NCBI GenBank assembly: GCA_964016885.1
Contig: OZ024755.1
Location: 3,224,001 to 3,288,000, forward strand
Direction of reading: 5' to 3'
DNA length: 64,000 bases
DNA from: Eledone cirrhosa
Taxonomy: Eukaryota
Made by a program: the position numbers and the translations under genes. Positions 41,791 to 53,296 of the stretch are shown here, in pieces. A model generated the notes under the pieces. The model had not been told where the DNA came from. It was given only the letters and a program-made list of their open reading frames with translations, and did not search any database. Each line of letters begins with the position of its first letter. Positions within the stretch are counted from its first letter, which is position 1.

Positions 41791-42158
41791 TCTATATATA
41801 TATATATAGTGTAGGTGGTTCAGTGAATTACTGGTATTGGTACCAAATCAAGCACTCTGTGTACATATATCTTTTGTCACATCACCAATCTGAGGTGCAG
41901 ATCGATACTGGAGTCAGGTCCATTACTCCTATGGGTGACCTTGAGCCAACCCTCTGCGAAACGCATGTAACAGGTTGATACACAAAAAATATCTTTTATA
42001 TATAAACAAAACTTCCTCATTTTTTTCTTTTATATATATTTTTTTTTCTTTTATATATATATGTCAACATGAATTGACCTGTTATTTTTATCTAAAGACA
42101 TTTTTTCCAATTCCAACCCGCCCGTCCCCTCAATCTATCTTATTTCTCATTCGTTCTT

Positions 42159-42194
42159 TCTTCTGATGAAGGACTAGTGTCCGAAACGTTAAGA
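42159..42194 (+). ncRNA. Minimal hammerhead motif
   Basis: UCUU-CUGAUGA-A-GGAC uagu GUCC-GAAACGUU^AAGA; palindromic ACGU helix III. Confidence 0.7.
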
Positions 42195-42278
42195 CCCTCT
42201 TCCTGCTATATCAAGCATTAACCTAATATATACCTTCCATATACTGAACCGATTGTGTTGTTATTTCTGTTTACCTTT

Positions 42279-42312
<34 letters not shown>

Positions 42313-42806
42313 TTATTCCGGGTTGAATCTGAGGTAACCACAGTAAGTAAGGTACTCAATACATAGCAGAGTATAAAAGTTTTAATATGGAAGAGCTTCT
42401 ACAGGACTAGAACTGTTTCATTCGTAAGAAATCATCGGGAAGCTTCCTGATGATTTCTCACGAATGAAACAGTTCTAGTCCTGTAGAAGCTCTTCTATAT
42501 TAAAACTATATATACATATCTATATGTGTGTGTATGTTCACAAGTTGGGGTAAAATGCATGAAAAGAACAATGAACACAAGTTGAGAATATTTATATCAA
42601 CAGTTTTACTTATTTTTGCTTTACTAAATGGTTTCGTGGTTGTAATACAACCAAGTCTTTTGTATTGAAACTGTGTATATATGCTTGTATTTTTGATAAT
42701 GATAATGATGTGATGGTAGTGATGATGAAGATATTACTCAATGATTTACATGTATAGTTTTGTTTTTCTTCTGTCTTTCCAGAGTGAACCTGAACATAAT
42801 TTCAAA

Positions 42807-43871
42807 ATGTCCCGTATCAGCAGAGAAGAGGTTCTCTGTTGCTGGATTACCTTCGTCTGCCTCGGAACTATGCTGGACGCCATGATAATAGAAAGGACAT
42901 TTCGTGATCCTTTTGAACACCCACTTGAACGAATGGTTATGCATAAAGAGACCGGAGAGCTTTACGTTGGAGCTGTTAATAATTTATTTAAACTATCTTC
43001 TGATTTAATGCTGCTAGAAAATGCCATCACAGGACCCGCTGATGATAACCCCAAATGCCCACCTCCACTTTTACCTTGCAAAGAGCAAAAGAAAAGTACA
43101 AACAGTCACAACCAAGGATTAGCATTTGACTACAGTCGTGACTCCATCATTGTTTGTCTGTCATTGTTTCATGGAGCCTGTCATATTCGGAAGCTGAGTA
43201 ATATTACTACTGTCAAGGACCAGATGCCAAAACCTATTGTGTCAAACCATGAGGACAGCTCGACTGTATTCCTCACTGCACCGGGACCCAATGGGGACGC
43301 ACTTTATGTGGCCTCTCGCTACAGTAACCATGGCAACGAACGCTACCGTGACCTCGTGCCATCTATCAGCAGTAGGAACTTACAAACTCTAGAGTTCACG
43401 TACAGAGATGCATCAGGAAGCAGCAAGGTGACCGTCTTGTCCAAGTATCGAACTCAACATTTTGTGAACCCGGTTGATGCCTTCTCACACGGAGGTTTCG
43501 TTTACTTCATCACAACTCAGCCACGCACGGAGAATCACAACTCCCCCCACGTCACAAAACTTGCTCGGATCTGTCAAATGGACAAGAAATTTGAATCTTA
43601 TGTGGAAGTTCGTTTAGAGTGTCGGCGTGGAAGTAAGTTGTACAATCTAGCTCAAGCCAGTTACTTATCAACACAGAGTTCTGGCAAGTTATACGTTGCA
43701 TTTGCTCAAGGTAAACTGCAGTCAGATACACCTATGCCCTACAGTGCTGTGTGTATTTATGATATGGAAGATGTAGTGGCAATATTTGAAGAAAACATCA
43801 GAGAATGTTACAATGGTATTGGAGAAACTGGACTCCATTATTTACAACAGTCAAGACCTTGTGAAAAACAA
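42807..43871 (+). CDS. Coding exon 1: signal peptide and most of the Sema domain (355 codons)
   Basis: Acceptor ttccAG ends 42782; ATG in context ttcaaaATG; hydrophobic leader MSRISREEVLCCWITFVCLGTMLDA; plexin Sema motifs LYVGAVNNLFKLS, TGPADDNPKC, GGFVYF, KLARICQMD..SYVEVRLEC, SAVCIY; donor CAA|gtaagt. Confidence 0.95.
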
Positions 43872-45067
43872 GTAAGTTGCTCTTTTTTTTCTCTTCTTTT
43901 CTTCCATTGTTTTTTTTTATTTTTCATCTGTTGTTTAGTTTTATTCATGATGGATTGGCAGTAATTAGTAGAGCGTCAAACAACATACTTTGTGGCTTAG
44001 AGTTACAGCCCTTTACATTCTGAATTCAAATCCCACCGAGGTTAGCTTTGCCTTCCCCCATGTACCCTAAATGTAGTTCTCAGAGAGGGAGAATCTGCAT
44101 GGCACAATGTGTGACAAAACTGGTCAATCACTGGCCCTCTTGAATTACTGGTACAACTCATTTATGCCAGCCAAGTGACCTGGCTTCCACATAAAGCTAT
44201 ACGTGTATGGGATAATATACCCACAGAAATTCCATATATTGTGGTAAAGTACCCACAGTAAACCCTACTTATGCATCCATAAGGATGAAAGGCAAAGTTA
44301 ACCTCGACGGCATTTGAACTACGACCGTAATGGGATGTAACTATGCTAGAAATAATATATTGAAAAGATACTTTAGTGCACTGCACAACCTGCAGTTTCT
44401 CCCACCTCTCATATTACAGCAGATTCTTTCTTCTCTTGCCAATAAAGTCTCCACCAGTTTTGTGGAATTTTCTGGCTTGCCACTCCTCAACCAAGATGAT
44501 TCTGTTAGCAGCACTCCTGAAAATTCCTCCATATTTATTATATGCTATACTTCCAGTCCACACTCTAAACATTCAGTAAAATATCCCAATTTCTAATTCT
44601 CTACACCTCAAGTACTGAAAGTGAGGTCAGCCTACTGGTTAGCATGTTGGACTCCCAATCGTAAGATTAGGTTCAGTCTCTTGGCCAAGCAGCATGCTCC
44701 GTCCTTGCATTAAGCAAATCAGTTTGTTGTATTTCACTCAATTAAAAAAAATCAGAATTTCTTATCCCCCAAACCCAGTAGCTCATCATGCCAAGCTTAT
44801 CCCCAAACCCAGTAGCTCATCATGCCAAGCTTATCCTAGTTTTCTCAGCATTAATTTGTACTTCAGGAGAGGGGGTTCTTATCATCATTTTACATCTGCT
44901 TTTCCCTGCTTGCAAGGGTGGGACAGGTCCTATTCAGCACAGCATCTCTCCACTTGAAATTAGAATACACAGCAAACCCCCCCAATTTTACATATCTAAG
45001 TTATCTTGGTGCAAGTAATTGGAATTAAAAAGTTATACATACATTTCAATTTGTTTTTTTTTTCCAG

Positions 45068-45250
45068 ACTGATCCATTACAGTTTTGTGGGACCAACTTC
45101 AGTGCCCATGCATCCTTGGAAGGAAGGAGACCCATCATGTCACGTCCTGTCCTTGAACATTCTGGGGCCTATTTCACAGCTATTGCTTCTGTCTTAGTGG
45201 GGCAACACACACTCATGCTTTTAGGGACCAACACAGGCTATATCTATAAG
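45068..45250 (+). CDS. Coding exon 2, Sema domain (TDPLQFCG...LLGTNTGYIYK)
   Basis: tttccAG acceptor, AAG|gtgggt donor, 183 nt phase 0-0; FTAIA...LGT..G motif of plexin Sema. Confidence 0.93.
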
Positions 45251-45929
45251 GTGGGTAATATTTTCATCAAGGTGTTTTATATATATATATATATATAACA
45301 ATAGAGAAAGTGTGGTAAGGAACCAGGTGGACTATAACACACCAGAGTACTCAATACTTAGGGTAGTAGAGTGGGTAATAGGAAAAGAGCCAGGACTCTG
45401 ACAGCTGAGCTCCAACTGTTTCAACAGCTACATCCGAACAGTTCAGATCTAGCTGTCGAAACTGCCAAAGCTCAGCCGTTGGGGTCCTGAATCTTTTCAT
45501 ATATATATATTGGGCACACACTGAAGAATTATAAGAGCCCACTTGAATAAGTATCTGTTGATCTTATACAAGCTTCTACATAAATTGGTATAATTTCATC
45601 CAACTTGTAGAAATCTTATAGTGAAACGAGACGTCCGTCTGGGAAGAGATATATTTGATATATCTCGTATGAAATGATACAGCCAATTTTCCACACAATA
45701 CAATTAGTTAGCACCTCGAACGTTTAATTAGGAATATACTCAGGTATTTCCTAATGTTTGTTGAGTGAGTTGGAATTTGGCCGGAGTATCGCTTTTAGCT
45801 TTCTCCGATTATGTATTTATATATATATGTATTTATATATATATATTTATATATTTATATTAAAATTGTTTACACTAAACAAGTTTAAGTATATATTGTA
45901 GTTAATATATTACATATGTCTTTACATAG

Positions 45930-46058
45930 GTTATTATAAAAGACAATGGCAGAGCTGAAATTATTGAGAAATTGTTGGTAGACAACCATCGAGAAATTCT
46001 CTCCAACTTCATCTTCACACGGGATAGCCGGCATTTGTACCTGATGACCCGAGACAAG
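45930..46058 (+). CDS. Coding exon 3, end of Sema domain (VIIKDNG...HLYLMTRDK)
   Basis: catAG acceptor, AAG|gtgagg donor, 129 nt; HLYLMT..KV motif typical of the Sema C-terminus. Confidence 0.92.
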
Positions 46059-47016
46059 GTGAGGCTTGTTGTTGTTGTTTGTTGTTGTAACATGAGTTAA
46101 GTAGCTACACTTAATTAACATACCACCTATTTCTCTCTCTTAATTAACACCCTCTATATCTATCTCTCTTTATCTCTCTTAATTAACACCCTCTATATCT
46201 ATTTATCTTTATCTCTCTTTCTCTCTCTTAATTAAGACCCTCTATATCTATCTATCTTTCTCTCTCTTTCTCTTTCTCAATTAACACCCTCTATATCTAT
46301 ATCTTTCTCTCTCTAACTACATTAACATACCCTCTCTATATATATCTATATATCTGTCCCTCTCCCTCACTCTCTCCCTCACCTGTTATCTTTTACAATG
46401 TCTTTGTCCAGAAGTGTGTGAAAACACACTTCCTTTCCAAGGTAAACAATTATTTTCTCTGTGCAGCTGGTTGGCCCACCATACGGCCCACTGAGTCACA
46501 TTTAGTGGTGAAAAATGAAATATGTAGAATTGTTTAACCCTTTAGTATTTAAACCGGCCATATCCGGCCAGAATTCTCTCACCTTTTTCTGTAACCAGCC
46601 ACTCATATTGACATTAAGGTATTATTCTCAAATAAATAATATCAAAATCTCATAGATTCTATATTATGTGAGATAAAGCCTTTACTGTGCAAATATAAAA
46701 TAAAATAATAATAATAATAATGAAATTTGTGTACAGTGCTCAGGTGCACTACAATTCATCAAAGGTGCATGTATAGTACATATAATAATGTACAAGTGTC
46801 AGGAAAGTGATGACATGTAAATTTGGTCAGTATGTTAATATTTGAGTTCAACACAGAATTTCTGTGAAAACATTGCAAAAGTAAAAGTTAAAGAGGTCAA
46901 AACTATAGTTTATAAAATAAAAATATAAAAACAAAACACTAAACTTGCCAAAGAAAAGAAAAACAAGCTAAATTCAATGTGTTTAGACAATAAAAGTGAG
47001 GTAGCTGATTGACTAT

Positions 47017-47314
47017 TTAATCCTTTAATGTTCAAACCGGTCAAAACCGACCAGAATTCTCTACTTCTTTCTGTTGAAACTGGCTGTAACTGGTCGCTCA
47101 AACTGATGTTAAGATATTGTTCTTAAAATAAATACTTTCAAAATCTCATAGATTCGATATTATGTGAGATAATTATGCGAGGTAAAGCTTTTACCATGAA
47201 AATATAATAGTATATATAGAGTAATGTAAATGCTAAAGGGTTAAAGTAAGGAATCATTGTGAATTTTTAACAATATAATAGTAAATATAGAGTAATGTAA
47301 ATGCTAAAGGGTTA
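47017..47314 (-). mobile_element. piggyBac-like MITE with duplicated terminus
   Basis: Reverse complement of the 17074 family; the end atatagagtaatgtaaatgctaaagggttaa occurs twice. Confidence 0.75.
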
Positions 47315-47451
47315 AACCTGATCCAGTCCAGTTTTGGATGTGATATTCTGAAGACTAAATTGCATATTAAGATTTAAATCTATTATATTTAGCTATTCTG
47401 TCTCTGTATCTATATTTTACTGATAAATGTTGTTTTGGTTTTCTCTCGCAG

Positions 47452-47552
47452 GTAGCCATGATAAATTTTCTTGATTGTAGCTCCAAGACTACATGTGATG
47501 CCTGTATCAAAGAAGGAAGTCTTGCCTGTGGTTGGTGTGTCATGGATGGGCA
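47452..47552 (+). CDS. Coding exon 4, PSI-1 (CSSKTTCDACIKEGSLACGWCVMDG)
   Basis: tcgcAG acceptor, CA|gtaagt donor, phase 0-2; C-x5-C-x2-C...CGWC PSI signature. Confidence 0.94.
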
Positions 47553-47589
47553 GTAAGTAAACAATATTCTCTCTCTCTACCCTCAATTA

Positions 47590-47770
47590 TTTGGATTGGC
47601 AGTATCGGTAGAGGGTCAGACACCATGCTTTAGTTACATCCCTTTATGGTCTGAGTTCAAATCTCTCCGAGGTTAATTTTGCCGTTCGTCCTTACGGGGT
47701 TGATAAAATAAAGTACCATTAATGTACTGGGATAAATGCTGGCCTTGTGCCAAAAGTAGAAATAATTATT
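47590..47770 (+). mobile_element. Meta-type SINE (intron 4)
   Basis: Same family as 21809. Confidence 0.8.
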
Positions 47771-47859
47771 TATATATATATATTATTAGTTACAACAGTG
47801 ATATATACAGGTACTTAAGTTTCTTTGGGTTATACACCCCAACTCATTCAGCCTGTTAT

Positions 47860-48139
47860 ATATATATTACTAAAAGTCTGTGATTGCTTGTCTCTAATGT
47901 AATACAGCCATAAGGGCGCATAATGGGAAAATACTTTGAAAGGAGGTTGTCCTTAAAATGGGAATACAAATGGAATAAAACAAGTTTTTGTGTAAATCGA
48001 AGCACGGGTTCCTGAGATATGGGGTTTTCTGGGTACCTTCATAAACAGAGAGGAGAAGGATAAAGAAAAAGAGATAGTGGTTGAGAAAGGTAGAGGAGAC
48101 AGAGAAGGAAAATGGAAGAGAGAAAGCTGGTGGTGGTGT

Positions 48140-48179
<40 letters not shown>

Positions 48180-48454
48180 TGTGAGTGTGTATATATATAT
48201 GTGTGTGTCTATGACCAGTGTATATAGATCACAGACACCCACATATATATATGTATACAAATGCACACATTTATATATATATATATACATACACACACAC
48301 AAACATATATATATATATATATGGGCCTTCCAGTTTCATTTCACATTATATACATGTCTGTATATTTTAATTATTTAAAAATTATTTTTAAGTGAACATG
48401 ATATTTAAAAATATTTTGAAGTGAACGTGACCCAAGAGGTCACGGGTGGTCTAG
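47860..48454 (+). mobile_element. Non-autonomous Helitron-like element (3' terminus clear, 5' boundary approximate)
   Basis: Hairpin cgtgacc-caaga-ggtcacg (48426-48444) followed 6 nt later by CTAG|t; internal microsatellites. Confidence 0.55.
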
Positions 48455-48639
48455 TATAAAATACAAATGGCTGGGTCCACAGGTTGATTTGAGGTTTTAG
48501 AAAATTACTTGAGAGTTATTCAAGGGCAGGTAATTTCAAATTTAGCTGTGGCAATACCTTTGCCATTTTGTCAGTATGGCATAACTGGGATATTCTGCCA
48601 AGACTGGGATCTAGAGTGTGCTGCTCCTTTTTCCCTTTC

Positions 48640-48820
48640 ATGGCAGTATCGGTAGAGGGTTGAACGCCATGCTTTCTAGCATAGTTACGTCCCTTTACAG
48701 TCTGAGTTCAAATCCCGCCGAGGTTAACTTTGCCTTTCATCCTTACGGGGTCGATAAAATAAAGTACTAGTAATACACTGGGTAATTGCTGGCCTTGTGC
48801 CAAAAGTAGAAACAATTATT
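48640..48820 (+). mobile_element. Meta-type SINE (intron 4)
   Basis: Same family as 21809. Confidence 0.85.
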
Positions 48821-48985
48821 TAATTTTGTCCCTTTCTTTTAGGGTTTCTTTTTATTATTATTATTCAAACATTAATGAATTATAAATTTCTTTCTTTTAT
48901 TCATAATTTAATAGTTTTGCAATATTATTTCACTCTCCCAATAAATAGAACTCAATCTCTTAACTCCTCTCTCTCACTCTTGCAG

Positions 48986-49130
48986 ATGTTCCAACTTAGC
49001 AGAATGTGCTACATCTAAAGTCCAACCACATTGGGTGTCAGCTTCAAATGGATCTTGTCTTCAGATTAAGGAAGTCTTACCAGAAGAATTCAGTCTTCAG
49101 AATATCACATCCAAAGCTGGACTGGATCAG
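48986..49130 (+). CDS. Coding exon 5, end of PSI-1 and start of IPT-1 (CSNLAEC...GLDQ)
   Basis: ttgcAG acceptor; phase 2 entry completes Q; CAG|gtttaa donor is weaker but phase-compatible with exon 6. Confidence 0.88.
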
Positions 49131-49466
49131 GTTTAAAGCAATTCTACTTATTTCACTCAACATCATCATTGTTTTATATATATATATTTATATGTGTGTG
49201 TGTGTATGTGTATATATATATATGAGGTGTCGGTAAACAACCAACATATACTAAAAAAAAATATATATATATAGTTGTTATATAGTAAGGTGCATTATTG
49301 GTTGTGAAAAATGGTCCAATAAATTTATGTTAGCAATATTAAGTTCTCCAAGCTTTTGTATATCTCCAATTCCATTTTGGTGTGTCTCCATATGAGGGAA
49401 TGAATTCTGTGAGAGAACATCGTTATTTTTTCACCCTCATATCAAGTATTTGAAGACAATTCATTT

Positions 49467-49540
49467 TCACCTGATGAGATCAGTGATAATCGATCATGGC
49501 TTCACAATCGATCTATCTCTTATTGAAACATGTGTCGTGA
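49467..49540 (+). ncRNA. Type I hammerhead motif with long helix II (intron after coding exon 5)
   Basis: UCAC-CUGAUGA-[imperfect long stem incl. AUCGAU/AUCGAU]-GAAAC-AUGU-GUC^GUGA. Confidence 0.68.
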
Positions 49541-49581
49541 TTAAATGATTGGAATTTTACCGTGCCTTCGGATTTTCATTT

Positions 49582-49616
<35 letters not shown>

Positions 49617-49622
<6 letters not shown>

Positions 49623-49833
49623 GTCCAAAAAAAACGTATACACAACAAAATCTTTAAAAAAGGCATTAAAATAAATTTTGTTTTATCTGCATTATTTAAA
49701 TTATGTAAACATTTTGGGATGTTTACATACAATTCAATTATGTCTGAAGATTATTTTTTGGGGGAAAGGCTGTGTATTATAATAAATATTGTACAGGTAA
49801 TCAAAGTGTGTATATATTTTTGGGGACACCCTG
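49617..49833. mobile_element. Tc1/mariner-type MITE
   Basis: Imperfect TIRs ggtgtccaaaaaaaacgtatacac / gtgtatatatttttggggacaccctg next to a TA run. Confidence 0.6.
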
Positions 49834-50347
49834 TGTTTGTGTGTATATATATATATATATATGTATGTATATATATATATATATCATCATCATTTTAACG
49901 TTCACTTTACCATGCTATATATACATGTGTGTGTTATGTGTGTGTGAGTATATATACATATGTGTGAGTATATATACATGTGTGTTATTTGTGCGTGCAT
50001 GTGTATATATATATATATATATATACATGTGTGTGTGTTATGTATGTGTGTGTGTATATATATACATGTGTATGTGTGTGTATATATATACATGTGTATG
50101 TGTGTGTATATACATGTGTGTGTGTTGTGTATGTGTTTGTGTGTATGTGTATATATACATGTGTGTGTGAATGTGTATATATACATGTGTGTTGTGTATG
50201 TGTATGTGTATATATTCATGTGTGTGTGAAAGTGTATATATACATGTGTGTTGTGTATGTGTGTGTGTATATGTGTATATATACGTGTGTGTATGTGTGT
50301 GGTTTCAGCATGTTATTTTCATTAATTTTTCTGTTTTCTTCATCCAG

Positions 50348-50516
50348 GTTCGTTTCAAAGTTGACCAAATGAAGGCGCCACCATCCTCGGATAACATTGG
50401 CTGTTTATTCTTGTCTGACCATTCCAAAGAACAGACGGAAGCTTTGATCCAAAAGAATGTTGTCATCTGTCCCCTTCCCCATCACAGGAACCTACCAAGA
50501 ATTCCTAAGGGTGAGG
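50348..50516 (+). CDS. Coding exon 6, IPT-1-like (VRFKVDQ...RIPKGE)
   Basis: catccAG acceptor; G|gtgagt donor, with an alternative in-frame donor after 50510; GCLF...VICPLP...P motif as in plexins. Confidence 0.9.
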
Positions 50517-50774
50517 GTGAGTTTAGGCACATATCACTAACAAGCAACGAAAAGGGTTTATTTAATAACAGCATCTTTTTTCCCCCTCCTTTCTATCAAT
50601 GTTTATATGCACTCAATATTTATATACATACTAACATAACCTCCATGTTTATATACACTAACATAACCTCAATGTTTATATATACACTAAGATAACCTCC
50701 ATGTTTATATATACACTAACATAACCTCCATGTTTATATACACTAACATAACCTCCATGTTTATATATACACTA

Positions 50775-51278
50775 ACATAGGATGTGGTTCACCATAAGGT
50801 GGATCACATAAGATGTGGCTCACCATAAGGTGGATCACATAAGATGTGGCTCACCATAAGCTGGGCCACATAGGATGTGGTTCATCATAAGATGAGTTAC
50901 ATCTTATGTGGCTCACCAGAAGTTGAGCCACATAAGATGTGGCTCATCATAAGGTGAGCCACATGAGATGTGGCTCACCATAAGCTGGGCCACATAGGAT
51001 GTGGCTCATCATAAGTTGAGCTACATAGGATGTGGCTCATCATAAGTTGAGCCATATAAGATGTGGCTCATCATAAGTTGAGCCATATAAGATGTGGCTC
51101 ATCATAAGTTGATCCACATGAGATGTGGCTCACCTAAGCTGGGCCACATAGGATGTGGCTCATCATAAGTTGAGCCACATAGGATGTGGCTCATCATAAG
51201 CTGGGCCACATAGGATGTGGCTCGTCATAAGTTGAGCCACATAAGATGTGACTCGTCATACTGTGAGCCACATAGGAT
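50775..51278. repeat. 31-bp tandem repeat whose unit is a hairpin, about 16 copies
   Basis: atgtggctca-tcataagt-tgagccacat-agg; preceded by a repeat of about 29 bp at 50625-50778. Confidence 0.9.
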
Positions 51279-51588
51279 GGAGTGATACAGTCATAAGTCA
51301 TGTCATAGGGATGTTTTTGTACTTTTTAAGAATTTCTTATTAATGTGGTTTTATGTGGTACATGTTAAGAGTATGAAAAGATTATTTTCTGTCTGTCTGT
51401 CTACTTACCTCTCCCCTCTTCCATCTCTCTCACTGCTACTAATACTACTAATACAACTACTACTACTAATGATAATAGTAATAATAATACCACTACTACT
51501 AATAATAATAATACTGCTACACTTACTACTACTGCTGCTAATAATAACAACAATAATAATAATAATAATATTGGTGTAATGTTTTCAG

Positions 51589-51679
51589 ATAATGCTGAAG
51601 TCAACCTTGAGTTTCAAGTTGATGGCAAATCTATAGTAAAGAGAAGTGTCAAGGTTTTTGATTGTCGTGTCCATAAAAG
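51589..51679 (+). CDS. Coding exon 7 (NAEVNLEF...VFDCRVHK)
   Basis: ttttcAG acceptor, AG|gtgagt donor, phase 1-2; FDC motif leading into PSI-2. Confidence 0.92.
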
Positions 51680-52089
51680 GTGAGTTTCTATGACTTCAGT
51701 TGATACACAGCTACAGTTTGTTGTTTTTCATAACTTTCTTCTCCTCTTTAGCCCTTTTCATACCAAACCACCCCCCAAAACTGCCTCCCCTTCTTCCAAC
51801 CAAGCCTTGACAAAATTAAAGGATCATTAACACGGCCTTTCCTTCCCTGACTAAGTGGTAAAAAAACAAACAAATGCCCTGTTCTCTCAGTTTTTTCTTC
51901 AACCATTGCAGCAGTTTCTGCCCCTCTCAACTAGCATCATCATCCTTTATTATTCTTCAACTTGGCTGGTTGGAACACTCTTCACAATTTCCTCTCCATA
52001 CCGTATGATCCAGCATTGCTGTTCCCAGTTCTCCGGGGGAGGTGGATTCCTGAATCTTGTGAGACTGTCTTTGGATAAGTCACTTTTTG

Positions 52090-52282
52090 ACAATGGACTC
52101 TTCCAGAGGGCTTCCTTCCATAGAAGTCATATTTCTGAGAATCGACTCTTCCAGAGGGCTTCCTTCTTTAGGAGGTCATTTTTCGACAATGGAGACTGAG
52201 ATTGGACTCTTCCAAAGGGCTTCCTTCCATAGAAGTCATATTTCTGAGAATGGACTCTTCTAGTGGGCTTCCTTCCATAGGA
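52090..52282. repeat. About 49-bp imperfect tandem repeat, 4 copies
   Basis: aatggactcttccagagggcttccttccatagaagtcatatttctgag. Confidence 0.75.
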
Positions 52283-52506
52283 GAAGCAAGCAAATTACTT
52301 CCCTGTTGACCTACATATGTTTCAAACACAATATCTACCACCTAAATTTCACCTTGTTTTAGGCGACCCTCACAAACTGTAGACATTTCTCCACCTCTTC
52401 TTATATTGATTAGAAAGAAAAAAGACCACCAGCACGTTTTGTTGTTTTTCTTGTAAGTGAACTAAATCTAATTGATATCTTTTGTTGTTTTACCAATATT
52501 TTGCAG

Positions 52507-52618
52507 CTGCACAGAATGCACTGGCAGTACATTCTCCTGTCAGTGGTGTCCATTTAGTGGAACATGTATTGATTCATCAAGCAGTTCTTGTTCCGACACC
52601 AACAACATACAAACTGCA
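52507..52618 (+). CDS. Coding exon 8, PSI-2 (CTECTGSTFSCQWCPFSGTC)
   Basis: ttgcAG acceptor, GCA|gtaagt donor, phase 2-0; PSI Cys/Trp pattern. Confidence 0.93.
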
Positions 52619-52679
52619 GTAAGTTACCTCCCTTTTCTTCCGATACTGACAATCCACCGCCCTTTGTTATCCATATTAA

Positions 52680-52868
52680 TAATAATTGTTTCTACTTTTG
52701 GCACAAGGCCAGCAATTAACCAGTGCATTACTGGTACTTTATTTTATCGACCCTGTAAGGATGAAAGGCAAAGTTAACCTTGGCGGGATTTGAACTCAGA
52801 ATGGCAAAGGTTGTAACTCTATGCACCAAAGCATGGCGTCCGACTCTCTACCGATACTGCCAATCCAC
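52680..52868 (-). mobile_element. Meta-type SINE filling most of the 302-nt intron 8
   Basis: Reverse complement of the same family. Confidence 0.85.
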
Positions 52869-52920
52869 CCCCCTTTCCATAATAATAATAATAATAATTT
52901 GTTGCCTTTGGTTATTCCAG

Positions 52921-53037
52921 CGTCAAGTTGACATCAATGGACCGAGTGAGTGTCCACGACTTGTCAACCCAGATTTTGATATTGTGGTACATTCTGGAAC
53001 AAAGAAGGAAGTTAGAGTTAAAGTAGAGAATCTTCTG
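52921..53037 (+). CDS. Coding exon 9 (RQVDINGPSECPRL...VENLL)
   Basis: ttccAG acceptor, CTG|gtaagt donor, 117 nt; GP..CP motif after PSI-2. Confidence 0.92.
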
Positions 53038-53092
53038 GTAAGTCAGTTTAAATTATTGTAACATTAACATGTGAGGTAGTTGCAATCTTCAT

Positions 53093-53296
53093 ACATGTGT
53101 ACACACTTACATGTGTACACACTTACAGGTGTACACACTTACATGTATACACACTTACATGTATACACACTTACACGTGTACACACTTACATGTATACAC
53201 ACATGTATACACACATGTATACACACTTACATGTGTACACACTTACATGTATACACACTTACATGTATACACACTTACACGTGTACACACATGTGT
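53093..53296. repeat. 16-bp tandem repeat acacacttacatgt[g/a]t
   Basis: Direct inspection. Confidence 0.85.

Noticed and set aside
42741-42806. ORF-track start at 42741 and read-through to 43964
   Set aside because: The N-terminal extension is the intron's polypyrimidine tract and the C-terminal hydrophobic tail is intron 1 read past the donor at 43871.
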